Below are positions 63,514 through 64,000 of a stretch of 64,000 nucleotides of DNA, in pieces (positions within the stretch are counted from its first letter, which is position 1; every line of letters starts with the position of its first letter). The stretch lies in the NCBI GenBank assembly GCA_965116475.1, contig OZ220691.1:3328001-3392000 (forward strand), in the 5' to 3' direction. This stretch comes from Gemmatimonadota bacterium (GTDB lineage Bacteria; Gemmatimonadota; Gemmatimonadetes; Palauibacterales; Palauibacteraceae). A program made the translations under genes and the position numbers. The notes beneath the pieces are model-generated. The model did not search any database. It saw only the letters and a program-made list of their open reading frames with translations, and was not told the origin of the DNA.

Positions 63514-64000
63514 GTGAGCGATCAGATGTTCTTCGCCGATGGTCTTGCGGGTCTGGAGGCCGGGGCGCGGGCCGACCTCGCGATCGACGAGGTGAGCCAT
63601 GTCCGCGCCGCCCGGATCCGCCCCGGCCGTCGTCTCGCGGTCATCGACGGCGCGGGAGCCCGCTGGGAGGCGGAACTCGTTGCCCTGGACCGGCGCCGCG
63701 CCAGCTGTCGGCTGCTCGCTCCCGTTCCGCCGGAACCCCTGCTCCCGCTGCACCTCTGGGCCCCCGTGGCGAATCGCGAGCGGTCCCTGTGGCTCGTCGA
63801 GAAGGTCGTGGAGCTGGGCGCCGCCACGATCACCTGGATCGAGTGGGAGCGGTCGCGCTCCGTGGCGGATGCCGGTCGCTCCGACGGCTTTCTGCGCCGG
63901 GCGGAGGGCCGCGTGAGGGCGGCGCTGAAGCAGTCGGGCCGCAGTTGGCTCCCCCGGCTGAAGGGATCCCGGGCGCCGGAGGAGGCGCTCGTCCGCCACG
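63514..64000 (+). CDS. rsmE: 16S rRNA m3U1498 methyltransferase RsmE (partial)
   Basis: Not in the ORF track. Manual translation: [11 protein letters not shown]...DGAG...[10 protein letters not shown].....ERS...[12 protein letters not shown]. Confidence 0.85.
   Translation, partial: MSDQMFFADGLAGLEAGARADLAIDEVSHVRAARIRPGRRLAVIDGAGARWEAELVALDRRRASCRLLAPVPPEPLLPLHLWAPVANRERSLWLVEKVVELGAATITWIEWERSRSVADAGRSDGFLRRAEGRVRAALKQSGRSWLPRLKGSRAPEEALVRH

Overview
High-GC (roughly 70% by eye) bacterial chromosomal segment, gene-dense with about 50 CDS. I found no rRNA, tRNA, CRISPR array, integrase or transposase. The repertoire (DUF5916, VPS10-like and NHL-like propellers, a TM-anchored TPR protein, two S9 peptidases) resembles Gemmatimonadota, which is an inference only. 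Left to right: a PadR gene with a double palindromic operator; a coupled NSAR/OSBS-GNAT-S9 peptidase-SDR-VOC operon; a SAM-II riboswitch with a terminator/antiterminator ahead of metH and a Hcy-methyltransferase/MTHFR fusion; accessory secreted proteins; Phd-PIN and AbiE-type toxin-antitoxin pairs with operators; an orphan MTHFR-fold gene; mtnA; a SpdH-like oxidoreductase; divergent Ku and ligD (ligD frameshifted); rpmE-prfA-prmC; a YlbF-PIP synthase-ino1-tmk unit with a 12-bp triplication at the ino1/tmk junction; ctpA through obgE-dprA-hemW-hrcA-dnaJ; an inverted tkt-rpiB-tal block; and partial rsmE. The best candidates for undescribed biology are the transcriptional SAM-II switch, the D-amino-acid operon with an S9 peptidase where an M20 hydrolase is expected, the inositol-lipid/YlbF/tmk operon, and the orphan MTHFR-like protein. 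All product calls come from motif recognition by eye; no database search was run.
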